A stretch of DNA of 63,686 bases, the filler included. It is 8 parts of 8 records of this genome, joined end to end, with 100 filler letters (N's around TTAATTAATTAA, not from the genome) between each part and the next. Parts side by side here need not be neighbours in the genome. Positions count along the whole stretch, not along the records: positions 40,083 to 46,926 come from SRR20825010_6607; positions 47,027 to 56,058 come from SRR20825010_6609; 6 more parts are not named here. One strand, given 5' to 3'. Both the position numbers and the translations under genes were made by a program. Within the stretch, counting starts at the first letter, position 1; the number at the start of each line of letters is the position of its first letter. Below are positions 40,905-49,638 of this stretch, in pieces. The notes beneath the pieces were generated by a model. That model saw only the letters and a list, made by a program, of their open reading frames with translations, was not told where the DNA came from and made no database searches.

Positions 40905-42059
40905 TTAATTGACGAACGTGTAGGCCACTCCGGTGGCAGATGCACGGCCCGTCCTACCGATTCTATGGATATAGCTATCCATTGTTTGGGGCAACTGATA
41001 GTTGATTACATGGGTGACCCCTTTGATATCAATTCCCCTGGCAGCAACATCCGTTGCCACCAATATTTTTGTGCTTCCCGACTTGAACAGCTCTATTGCC
41101 CTTGAACGATAGTTTTGTGACTTATTCCCATGGATGACATCCGATCTGATCCCGGAATTCTTCAATTGCTTGCTTAATTTATCCACCCCTCTTTTCGTTT
41201 CTTCGAACAACAGCACTTTTTTAAAGGAAGATTCGTTTACCAGCTTGAACAATACATCAAATTTATTTTCACTGTTCTTCACTCGGATGATATGTTGATC
41301 GACGTTATCGCTCGATCTGGTTCCGCTTGACACCTTTACATGTGTTGCCGCCCCGGTGATCTGTTGGATCAGTTTTTCCTGGTTCGGGTCCAAGGTTGCT
41401 GAGAACAACATGGTCTGCTTTCGGTTTCGCATTCCTGAAACAAGCTTCTGCATATCTTTGATGAACCCCATGTCCAGCATTCTGTCAAACTCGTCCAAAA
41501 CCAGGGTCGATCTGGTATCAATTCTCAATGCCTTTCGTTCAATCAAATCGTTCAGCCTCCCCGGTGTGCCCACAATAAGGTCCAGGCTCCTCCTTGCCGA
41601 GGATATGTCCCTATCCACATTTGTTCCTCCGATAAAGCACGCAGAGGTGAGTCGGGTGCCTTTGGTCAATGACCTGAACTCGGACTGTACCTGTTGTGCC
41701 AATTCCCGGGTGGGCACTACCACTAGACCGGAAACATGGTTGGCGGTAAGCATCTGTTGTACCATAGGGATAAGGAATGCCCCCGTTTTACCTGTACCCG
41801 TGGCCGCAATGCCCACTAAGTTTTTTCCTTTCAGCAGGTGGTCGAAACACCTGTCCTGAATTTCAGAGGGTGAGCGATAGCCCTTATGGGCAATGTTTTT
41901 ACAAAGTTCCCCATGTAAATGGAATTGTTCAAAATCTCTATCTGAAACATAGGGCTCGGTATTTGTTGTTGTTGATTTTTTGACCAGTAGTTCAGGGTTT
42001 AACCTGGATACGGGCCGTTTGCCGGACGTACCAGTCCGGTGCTTTTTATGATAATGCAT
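40905..42059 (-). CDS. DEAD-box RNA helicase (DEFD variant)
   Basis: TGTGKT, PTRELA, TPGRL, DEFD, SAT, TDVAARGID, HRIGRTGRA. Confidence 0.95.
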   Translation of the reverse strand: MHYHKKHRTGTSGKRPVSRLNPELLVKKSTTTNTEPYVSDRDFEQFHLHGELCKNIAHKGYRSPSEIQDRCFDHLLKGKNLVGIAATGTGKTGAFLIPMVQQMLTANHVSGLVVVPTRELAQQVQSEFRSLTKGTRLTSACFIGGTNVDRDISSARRSLDLIVGTPGRLNDLIERKALRIDTRSTLVLDEFDRMLDMGFIKDMQKLVSGMRNRKQTMLFSATLDPNQEKLIQQITGAATHVKVSSGTRSSDNVDQHIIRVKNSENKFDVLFKLVNESSFKKVLLFEETKRGVDKLSKQLKNSGIRSDVIHGNKSQNYRSRAIELFKSGSTKILVATDVAARGIDIKGVTHVINYQLPQTMDSYIHRIGRTGRASATGVAYTFVN

Positions 42060-42065
42060 AGTATT

Positions 42066-43175
42066 TTAGTTTTGATGTGTTGGAATTGTCTGTAATTCCA
42101 TTTGCCCCAGATCGCGGAGCATTTTAAAGTGTTTGAAAATTGCAGATGCAAAAGATCCGTTGGAGTGATAGGGCAAGCCAAATTCTTCGGCAGTACGCTT
42201 TACTATCGGTGCTATGTTACGGTAATGAATATGTGAAATATTTGGGAAAAGATGATGTTCTATCTGGTGGGTCAGACCTCCTACCATCCATGATAACCAT
42301 GCGCTCTTTGGCGCAAAATTACATGTGGTCTCCAGTTGATGTGCCAAACGTTCGGACTCCAAATTTCCGTTGGTATCCGGTAAAGGGAATGATGCATTGG
42401 GGGTAACGTGGGCTGTTTGGAAGACCAAGGTGATGCTCAATCCGGTCACAAAGTGCATGGACAAAAAGGCAAGGACCACCAGCCATGGTGAAATAGCGGT
42501 CAACAAAATCGGCAAGACCAACGCATAGGAAAAATATAATACTTTCCAAGCAGCCATCTTAAGGATTCCTTCTATGTAAGTCCTTCTATTTTTCACCAGG
42601 CCCATTTTGTAATATCTGGCGTACCGGACAAAATCTTTGGACGTAACCCATGAAACCGTGGACAGACCATAAAAGAACCAAGCATAGCAATGCTGGTACT
42701 TATGGAGCTTGTTCTTTTTGGCATGAGGTGAAAACCTCAAGAAAAAGGGCGCGTTTATATCATCGTCATGATCCTCGATATTGGTATAGCTATGGTGCAA
42801 AACATTGTGTTGCAGCCTCCAGACCTTGTCATTGGCACCGATCAGATTGATCGTGTACCCCATGAGTTTGTTGACCATTTTGTTCCTTGAAAAAGACCCG
42901 TGAATGGCGTCGTGCATTACGCCCATGCCAATACCTGCCATGCCAAATCCACTCAAAATGTACAATCCAAACAACAATGGGACACTTGTAAGGGTTGAAA
43001 AAATGATGATGGCCAAGGGGCCGAAAAACAACAGCAACATAAATATGCTCTTAAAAAGCATTTGACGGTTGCCGTGCCGGGTTTTCTTTGTGGTCTTGAA
43101 ATATTCCGAAACGCGTTTTTTTAATGTTCTGGAAAAATCGGAGCCTACCGATGATTGAAAAGATGGATTTTTAAT
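42066..43175 (-). CDS. Membrane fatty-acid desaturase
   Basis: His boxes HDAIH, HNVLHH, QIEHH. Frame stays open upstream of ATG 43061 and encodes a family-typical N-terminus; start placed tentatively at ATT 43175. Confidence 0.88.
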   Translation of the reverse strand: MKNPSFQSSVGSDFSRTLKKRVSEYFKTTKKTRHGNRQMLFKSIFMLLLFFGPLAIIIFSTLTSVPLLFGLYILSGFGMAGIGMGVMHDAIHGSFSRNKMVNKLMGYTINLIGANDKVWRLQHNVLHHSYTNIEDHDDDINAPFFLRFSPHAKKNKLHKYQHCYAWFFYGLSTVSWVTSKDFVRYARYYKMGLVKNRRTYIEGILKMAAWKVLYFSYALVLPILLTAISPWLVVLAFLSMHFVTGLSITLVFQTAHVTPNASFPLPDTNGNLESERLAHQLETTCNFAPKSAWLSWMVGGLTHQIEHHLFPNISHIHYRNIAPIVKRTAEEFGLPYHSNGSFASAIFKHFKMLRDLGQMELQTIPTHQN

Positions 43176-43816
43176 AAAATGAAGATTATGTTAAACAATT
43201 ACTTACTTCAAAATGGGTAAAAAACGTGAAGGAAGACCGTATTAGAATTGCTTAACGAGGGACCGCCATCGGCAGTTGATATTACTATTTTGAGGGTTCT
43301 AAAAAATGGAACGACTGTAAATGTAATCTAAATATATTGATTTACAGTAGATTTGCAACGAATAGTTCATGAAAAAGGAATCAAGGGTACAAATCACGGT
43401 TGTGGTATACCGTCTTAAACGGAAAAAATGAGCATTGTGAAATCATATGACCGATAAACAGCTATCTATATGGGGTGTGAGGTGGTTCAAAGTATCCGTT
43501 TTAGTGACATTCTTTATCGATACCTTCCGTATTTGGGGGTCTAAAGGGCAAATGATCTCCACTGATGGACATGCCCCACCATAGAAAGACTGAAATCGAA
43601 AGTTTGAAGCTTGAAATTTCAAGAATGACGATGTGTTTTAAATATCTGAAAAAGTCACACATACACCTTGACTTGTAGGATTGATTCAAATAAGGTCAGA
43701 GATTCAAATGAAGGAAAACCAATATGCTCATGCTGTTTTATCCGAAGGGAAGCTACTTTCCGTAAAATTTTAGTGGGAGGCTTTATCCTTTATTTGAATT
43801 TGAGCTTTTTCCTTGG

Positions 43817-44359
43817 TTATTTATACTTATCCATACACTCTTTCAAAAGTCTGTAAGCTCTCGCAATATGTCCTTCTACCGTTTTTGTTGAAATTCCAAA
43901 TTCTTTTGAGATTTCACTGTAGTTCAGTCCGCGGACCTTGCCCCCTAAAAAGACCTCTCTGCATTTATCAGGAAGTCCTTCCATACATTGGCGCAACAGT
44001 ATTATGTGCTTTTTTGGTCGGTCCTCTTCTTTTTCCACAGCTAGCATGACGGCCGTATGGTAGTAGGAGGAAAGCATTTCGTTCCTAAGCCTGAGATGTC
44101 TGTATTTATCCATGAGTTTATTGTACACTGACTTATAAAGAAAAGCATTCAAAGAAGTTTGGATCTTGATTTCCCTGCGCTTGTCCCATAGGTTCAAAAA
44201 AACATCTTGCACCACATCCTCAATGATCTCGTGATCTTGGCAATAACTCAAAAGGAAGGAACACAACTTTTGGTAATAGGAGGAATAGAGCTTTTCAAAG
44301 ACTTTTTTGTCTCCTTTCTTGAGGGCATTCAGTATAAATATGTCAGTACGCTGCTGCAA
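43817..44359 (-). CDS. ECF sigma-70 factor, Bacteroidota type
   Basis: EDVVQDVFLNLW, LPDKCREVF, YSEIS...ISTKTVEGHI; divergent from fecR. Confidence 0.93.
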   Translation of the reverse strand: MQQRTDIFILNALKKGDKKVFEKLYSSYYQKLCSFLLSYCQDHEIIEDVVQDVFLNLWDKRREIKIQTSLNAFLYKSVYNKLMDKYRHLRLRNEMLSSYYHTAVMLAVEKEEDRPKKHIILLRQCMEGLPDKCREVFLGGKVRGLNYSEISKEFGISTKTVEGHIARAYRLLKECMDKYK

Positions 44360-44463
44360 AAAGAGGTTGTTTTTTTAAAAAAAGAGCAAAAACATAAATT
44401 TTTTGTCCTTTAAAGGGGGGGGATGGGATCCTCCCGCGTCATAAGATTAAATAATTATTAAGT

Positions 44464-45606
44464 ATGAATCAAACGAAGGTTGATAAATTACTGCTAAAAT
44501 TAGTTGAAAATCGAATTTCCGAGCAAGAGTCGGAGGAATTATTGCAGTGGCTCAAATCTGAGGAAAACCAGAATTATTTTAATGAGTTTGTAGAGATCAA
44601 CCATTTGTTGAATTCAAATCAGCACTTTCCAAATGGCAAGGAACTGCAAAAAAAGCTCAAGATTGTCGAAAAGAAGAACAAGTACGCTTCATTGCTAAAA
44701 TATGCTGCAGTGATCATTGTCGTGGTAACCTCGGGCCTTATTTTCAAGGACAGTCTTTTTTCCACGAACGATCCCGTAGTGCCTGCACCAGTGGTGACCA
44801 ACAACAAAATACAGCCAGGGAAGAATGCCGCTGTATTGACCCTTGGAGACGGAAGCGACATCACCTTGGGAAAGGAAACAGATTATAGCAACGAAATTTT
44901 GAAAGCAAAGGGGGATCAAGTGGTTTATTCCCCCAAGGGTCAAAACAACAAGGTCGAATACAATTATCTTACCGTACCAAGAGGAGGCCAGTACTCCCTT
45001 CAGCTTTCGGACAGTACCAAGGTCTGGATCAATTCGGAGTCCAAATTAAAATACCCGGTAGAGTTCGTTCCAGGACAGAGTCGGGAAGTATACTTACTAT
45101 ATGGAGAGGCCTACTTTGAGGTGGCATCGAGCGAAAATAACAACGGTGACGATTTTAAAGTATATCACAAAGAACAAGAAATCCAAGTATTGGGAACCCA
45201 ATTCAATATTAAGGCCTATGGGGAGGAATCCGAAGTGCTTACAACGCTTGTAGAAGGAAAGGTATCGGTAAAGATAGGAGAGGAAGCCCTGGAGATGACT
45301 CCTGGGGAGCAATCAAGACTTGATTTGGACACGGGCCTAATCTCTGTTTCCAATGTTGATGTCTTCTCTGAAACCTCTTGGAAATCAGGAGTTTTTAGCT
45401 TTAAAAAGAAGTCTTTGAGCGATATAATGAAGACCCTTTCCCGATGGTATGATATGGAAGTGGTCTTTGAGAATAGCTCGCTTAAGGAAAGAAAGTTCAA
45501 AGGAGTGCTTAGGAAGAACCAGAGTATCGAGGAAGTGCTGTCCGTCATCATGTCCAGTTCATTGCACAGTTATGAGATCAACGATAAAACCGTCATACTC
45601 AAGTAA
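44464..45606 (+). CDS. fecR: FecR-family anti-sigma factor
   Basis: Single TM, VPRGGQY.LQLSDSTKVWINSES, GEAYFEV, VLGTQFNI, LSRWYD. Confidence 0.93.
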   Translation: MNQTKVDKLLLKLVENRISEQESEELLQWLKSEENQNYFNEFVEINHLLNSNQHFPNGKELQKKLKIVEKKNKYASLLKYAAVIIVVVTSGLIFKDSLFSTNDPVVPAPVVTNNKIQPGKNAAVLTLGDGSDITLGKETDYSNEILKAKGDQVVYSPKGQNNKVEYNYLTVPRGGQYSLQLSDSTKVWINSESKLKYPVEFVPGQSREVYLLYGEAYFEVASSENNNGDDFKVYHKEQEIQVLGTQFNIKAYGEESEVLTTLVEGKVSVKIGEEALEMTPGEQSRLDLDTGLISVSNVDVFSETSWKSGVFSFKKKSLSDIMKTLSRWYDMEVVFENSSLKERKFKGVLRKNQSIEEVLSVIMSSSLHSYEINDKTVILK

Positions 45607-45670
45607 AAAATAACCAGCCATAAAAGGAAGTAGAACCTTAAAAACCAGTATATGACTTAAAAGAGAACCC

Positions 45671-45758
45671 AAAAAAGGGGACGAACCAAACTCGCCAAAG
45701 TTAAATGGTTCAGTCCCCGGATAGTATTATCAATTAATTGTTCAGAACTAACTAATAA
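45671..45758 (-). ncRNA. Predicted cis-antisense sRNA opposite the susC leader
   Basis: Minus-strand -7 box TAAATTTG (45763-45770) and minus-strand terminator GGGGACTGAACCA...TGGTTCGTCCCC-TTTTTT (45718-45671). Transcript is inferred, not observed. Confidence 0.5.
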
Positions 45759-45769
45759 CAATCAAATTT

Positions 45770-46926
45770 ATGAAAACTAAACTAACGAAAGTTGGGTTGC
45801 TTTTTGGCAATCGACTTTTATTGCTACTCATGAGAACATTTATATTTCTATGTTGTCTTACGGTATTCAGTTTTACGCCCAATGATCTTGTTTCACAAAA
45901 CTCCAGTATTAAAATAGACCTTGACGGGGCAATGACCGTTGATGAGGTGTTTGACCTTATTATGAGCCAAACCGACTACAGTTTTATCTACGAGGTGGGG
46001 ATGTTCGATGATTATCCGGAGATAACGGTAAAAAAAGGCAGGATCAGCACCAATAGGCTTTTAAGAAAAAGCTTGGAACCGGGCGACCTAAACGTTGTAC
46101 TGACAACGGACAACACCATAATGGTAAAAAAAGCGGATTCGAGAAATCGACGATCACAGATCAATGTTTCCGGTACCGTTACCGACCAAGAAGGTTTTCC
46201 TTTGGTCAATGTAACTGTTTTGATCAAAGGAACCACCAAGGGGGCCACAACGGATTTTGATGGTAACTACAGTATTGCGGTACCTTATCCCGAGAATGTG
46301 CTCCAATTTATGCATATGGGGTTCGAGACACAGGAGGTAAAGGTAGGTGACCAAGCTACGATAGACGTTGTGATGAAAGAAACGGCTCAGGCGCTGGAAG
46401 AGGTCGTGATAACCGCTCAAGGTATCAAAAAATCGAAAAAAGCTTTGGGTTATGCCATTTCACAAGTAAAATCGGAGGAGGTCGAGCAGCGTCCCGAAGC
46501 GGATTTGGCAAGGACCCTACAGGGTAAGATTGCTGGTGTGGTGATTACCCCGGCCGATGGACAGACAGGTTCCGATTCCCCTATACGAATACGTGGAAAT
46601 GTATCGATAACCGGCTCCAACAACCCTTTGATCGTGGTAAACGATGTACCTTTCAATGGATTGTTAAGGGACATCAACCCCAACGATATTGAAAGTATGA
46701 GCATACTCAAAGGTTTCAATGCTTCCGTACTTTATGGTAGTGAGGGTAGGAACGGGGTTATCCTGATCCAGACCAAAAGTGGCTCCGCTAGAACAGGACA
46801 GGCAAAGACTACGGCTAGTTATTCTACCACCGTGTATACCAATACGGTGTCACAATTACCTGAATTTCAGAATACTTATTCCAACGGAGGGGAGGGCGAG
46901 TTCCAGCCTACCTATCTTTCCAATTG
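45770..46926 (+). CDS. susC: SusC/RagA TonB-dependent transporter with N-terminal signalling extension (3' truncated)
   Basis: STN-like N-terminus, VSGTVTD...TDFDGNY, LEEVVITA, IRIRG, DINPNDIESMSILKG, LYGS...NGVI. Confidence 0.94.
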
Positions 46927-47026
46927 NNNNNNNNNNNNNNNNNNNNNNNNNNNNNNNNNNNNNNNNNNNNTTAATTAATTAANNNNNNNNNNNNNNNNNN
47001 NNNNNNNNNNNNNNNNNNNNNNNNNN
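46927..47026. other. Artificial contig linker
   Basis: N44-TTAATTAATTAA-N44. Confidence 0.99.
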
Positions 47027-47320
47027 CCTTGGATTTTCAACGAGATCAAACATTTTTTAGCTACGGGCGAGCATCTGCCCAAACCGGATCTGGAAGAGCG
47101 AGTGAAGGTTGCTAGAAAACATCTCGACTTCTCGGTTCAGTGGAAAGGTGAACTCAAAGGAATTTTTGAAATGAGAAGGCATTACACCAACTACTTCCGT
47201 GGAATTCCAAACTTCAAACCGGTTCGTTCCAGATTGGTGGAATCCTGCTCCTATGACGAATTGAATTCCATTCTTTCAGAGATTCCTGAAACATTCAGCG
47301 AGGCTATCCCTTTGGACTAA
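47027..47320 (+). CDS. dusB: tRNA-dihydrouridine synthase B, C-terminal fragment
   Basis: PWIFNEIKHFLATGEHLP...EMRRHYTNYFRG. Confidence 0.85.
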   Translation, partial: PWIFNEIKHFLATGEHLPKPDLEERVKVARKHLDFSVQWKGELKGIFEMRRHYTNYFRGIPNFKPVRSRLVESCSYDELNSILSEIPETFSEAIPLD

Positions 47321-47321
47321 C

Positions 47322-48224
47322 ATGCCGGAAAAAGCACCACTCAAAGCATGGGTATTGCTTTTCACATTGTCCCTAATTTGGGGCAGCTCTTTTATTCTGA
47401 TCAAAAGAGGTTTGGTGGGCTTGTCCCCAGTGGAGGTAGGGGCACTCCGAATCTTTTTTGCCGGTTTGGTAATGCTCCCTTTGACCTTCCAAAGAATCGG
47501 GAAAATATCGAGGGAAAGTATAAAATACATTGTTGTCATTGCGCTTGCTGGTAGTTTGATTCCCTCCTTTCTATTTGCTTTTGCACAAACGCGACTTCCC
47601 AGCGCTTTGACCGGAGTGCTCAATGCAGTCACACCCATTTTCACCATACTTATAAGTGTATTTGTTTACAAGCAGAAGAAAAGCCCCAAAATCACTTTCG
47701 GAATCATTATTGGATTTATTGGTTCTGCAGTACTCATCACAGCCGGATCCGCTGAAGGCTTCTCGGGCTTTAACTATTATGCTCTTTTAATTATAGCCGC
47801 CACCATTCTCTATGCGATCAATGGCAATGTGATCAAATTTCATCTTCACCACTTAAGTGCGTTGACCGTGGTTAGTGTGTCACTGACCTTTGGCGGTTTT
47901 CTTTCCGGTATTTATTTGCTTCTGTTTACAGAGTTTTTTCACAGCATTTTCAACTCGTCCGAAACGCTCCTGGCGGCTTCTTATATTTCGCTTCTGGGCG
48001 TCCTGGGCACGGCTGTTGCGCTTATCATATTCAATCGGATCGTTCAACTGACAGATCCGGTTTTCACTTCTTCCGTCACTTACATCATTCCCATTGTAGC
48101 AATTGCCTGGGGGGTATTGGATGGTGAAGCCCTGAAATTTCTTCATTATATAGGGATTCTGTTAATCCTCGTCGGCGTATATGTAACAAATAAATTGGGT
48201 GCCGTCAAAAACAAGAAGGGCTGA
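47322..48224 (+). CDS. DMT/EamA family transporter
   Basis: IWGSSFILIK, LNAVTPIFT, VTYIIPIVAIAWG..DGE. Confidence 0.92.
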   Translation: MPEKAPLKAWVLLFTLSLIWGSSFILIKRGLVGLSPVEVGALRIFFAGLVMLPLTFQRIGKISRESIKYIVVIALAGSLIPSFLFAFAQTRLPSALTGVLNAVTPIFTILISVFVYKQKKSPKITFGIIIGFIGSAVLITAGSAEGFSGFNYYALLIIAATILYAINGNVIKFHLHHLSALTVVSVSLTFGGFLSGIYLLLFTEFFHSIFNSSETLLAASYISLLGVLGTAVALIIFNRIVQLTDPVFTSSVTYIIPIVAIAWGVLDGEALKFLHYIGILLILVGVYVTNKLGAVKNKKG

Positions 48225-48271
48225 TTTCCTTGTGGAAATCAGCCCTTTACTTCAATGTTCTCGATCCCCAA

Positions 48272-49195
48272 CTAGGAATCCTGACTCAATTTCGAAAAGT
48301 CAAACTCCTCGAGGAAGTGCTTGGCCTGCTCTCTGTTTTGAAACTCGTAGATCAGCGTTTCGCCTTCTCCATGATGAATTTCAATCTTGATCACTTCAAT
48401 TCGATGATCGTGAGAATGTTTGTCAACAGCACCCATGGCAGAGTAGACAACCTCATCTTTGTCTCTCTTGTGCGGAATGTTTTTGCTCACTCTTTTGATT
48501 CTATCGCAATAGCTACACTTATATTCCTTCTCCAGTTCGCCATCTTCCGTTTCTGTAGGCTCGTGGATAATTTCTTCTTTTTCCAATCTCAAAGTCTGGA
48601 AGCCGCATCGATCACACTGCAACGCACTTAGATGACCTTTGTATTTTTCGATGTGGGTGTCGCCAGTAGCTTCATCCATCCACACGTCATAGTCAACAGA
48701 AAAAGCATTTTCCTCTGCCTGCATCCCTTCATCCAAATAAGCATCCTCTTCGTCTTCACTCAGGAGTTTCATCTTATTCCCAGTGGCTGGATTAATCCTT
48801 GGTGTGAACCTAAGGCGCTTCAGTTTTTTCTCCAGTGGTCCTGGGTAGTAATACTTGAAAATGAGGAAGGCCACATATCCGTGTAGCGTACCCAAACACA
48901 ACGAAATAAACGCCCTGATTCCAAACCAAATAACACTAAACTCAACGATATCCGGTTTCGCGGTGTTCGCTATGAAGAAAATAGATGCCGCAATGGCGTA
49001 ATTCACTCTCAGGTATGCGCTTATTTCAAACTCACTTGCGAGTTCAAATTTTTCTTTTAACCCGCCTGCGGCAGCATAGCGGATTTGATACACGATGAAT
49101 AACAACACAGCAAGGGCCAAACCACCCAAGAATGCATACCACATCACCTGTGTCCAGGTTTCAAGAAATGCCAAATAAGCCTCTTTATTTTCCAT
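48272..49195 (-). CDS. Hypothetical membrane protein with zinc ribbon
   Basis: Three hydrophobic helices, acidic EEDAYLDEG...EE...SVDYDVW block, CDRC...CSYC. Confidence 0.8.
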   Translation of the reverse strand: MENKEAYLAFLETWTQVMWYAFLGGLALAVLLFIVYQIRYAAAGGLKEKFELASEFEISAYLRVNYAIAASIFFIANTAKPDIVEFSVIWFGIRAFISLCLGTLHGYVAFLIFKYYYPGPLEKKLKRLRFTPRINPATGNKMKLLSEDEEDAYLDEGMQAEENAFSVDYDVWMDEATGDTHIEKYKGHLSALQCDRCGFQTLRLEKEEIIHEPTETEDGELEKEYKCSYCDRIKRVSKNIPHKRDKDEVVYSAMGAVDKHSHDHRIEVIKIEIHHGEGETLIYEFQNREQAKHFLEEFDFSKLSQDS

Positions 49196-49638
49196 AATTA
49201 TCTGTTAATACTTTGTTTAAAATTAATCCTCAATTTGAAATCACCAAAATATTGACTTCTCCTTTCGCTCCGAATTGTAAAATATGGATGTTTTGAATTG
49301 GATGCAGAAATAGGAAAAGAACAAAATAAACGTCTATTGTTGCCAGATTGGGCGGTTAAGTTACAAAATCATTGAGAACTTTTTGATTTTTTTATTTCTA
49401 TCGCTTCGTCTGTTCTATTCATGTTGATCGCATTGCTCTTACAAAGATTCAATCAACATGTATTCTATTTGAATTTTGAACGCACTTGCTCCTAATGATT
49501 TTTATGGAGTACTACCAATTTTTTGAAATAGCCCGCATTCTTTAAGAAAGAGATAAATGATTTACCCCCTGAAGTACCAGCTTTTCATTTTTTTTATCTA
49601 AAATACGTCGTGAGTACGTACCTACAACCTACTGAGAG

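Noticed and set aside
44412-44440. G8 run with partial hairpin upstream of fecR as a phase-variation tract
   Set aside because: Could equally be part of an ECF promoter (GGG...CGTC) or chance; no length-variation evidence from a single sequence.
49196-49638. 443-nt AT-rich intergenic region as ncRNA or CRISPR leader
   Set aside because: No repeats or convincing stems; consistent with a divergent promoter region.
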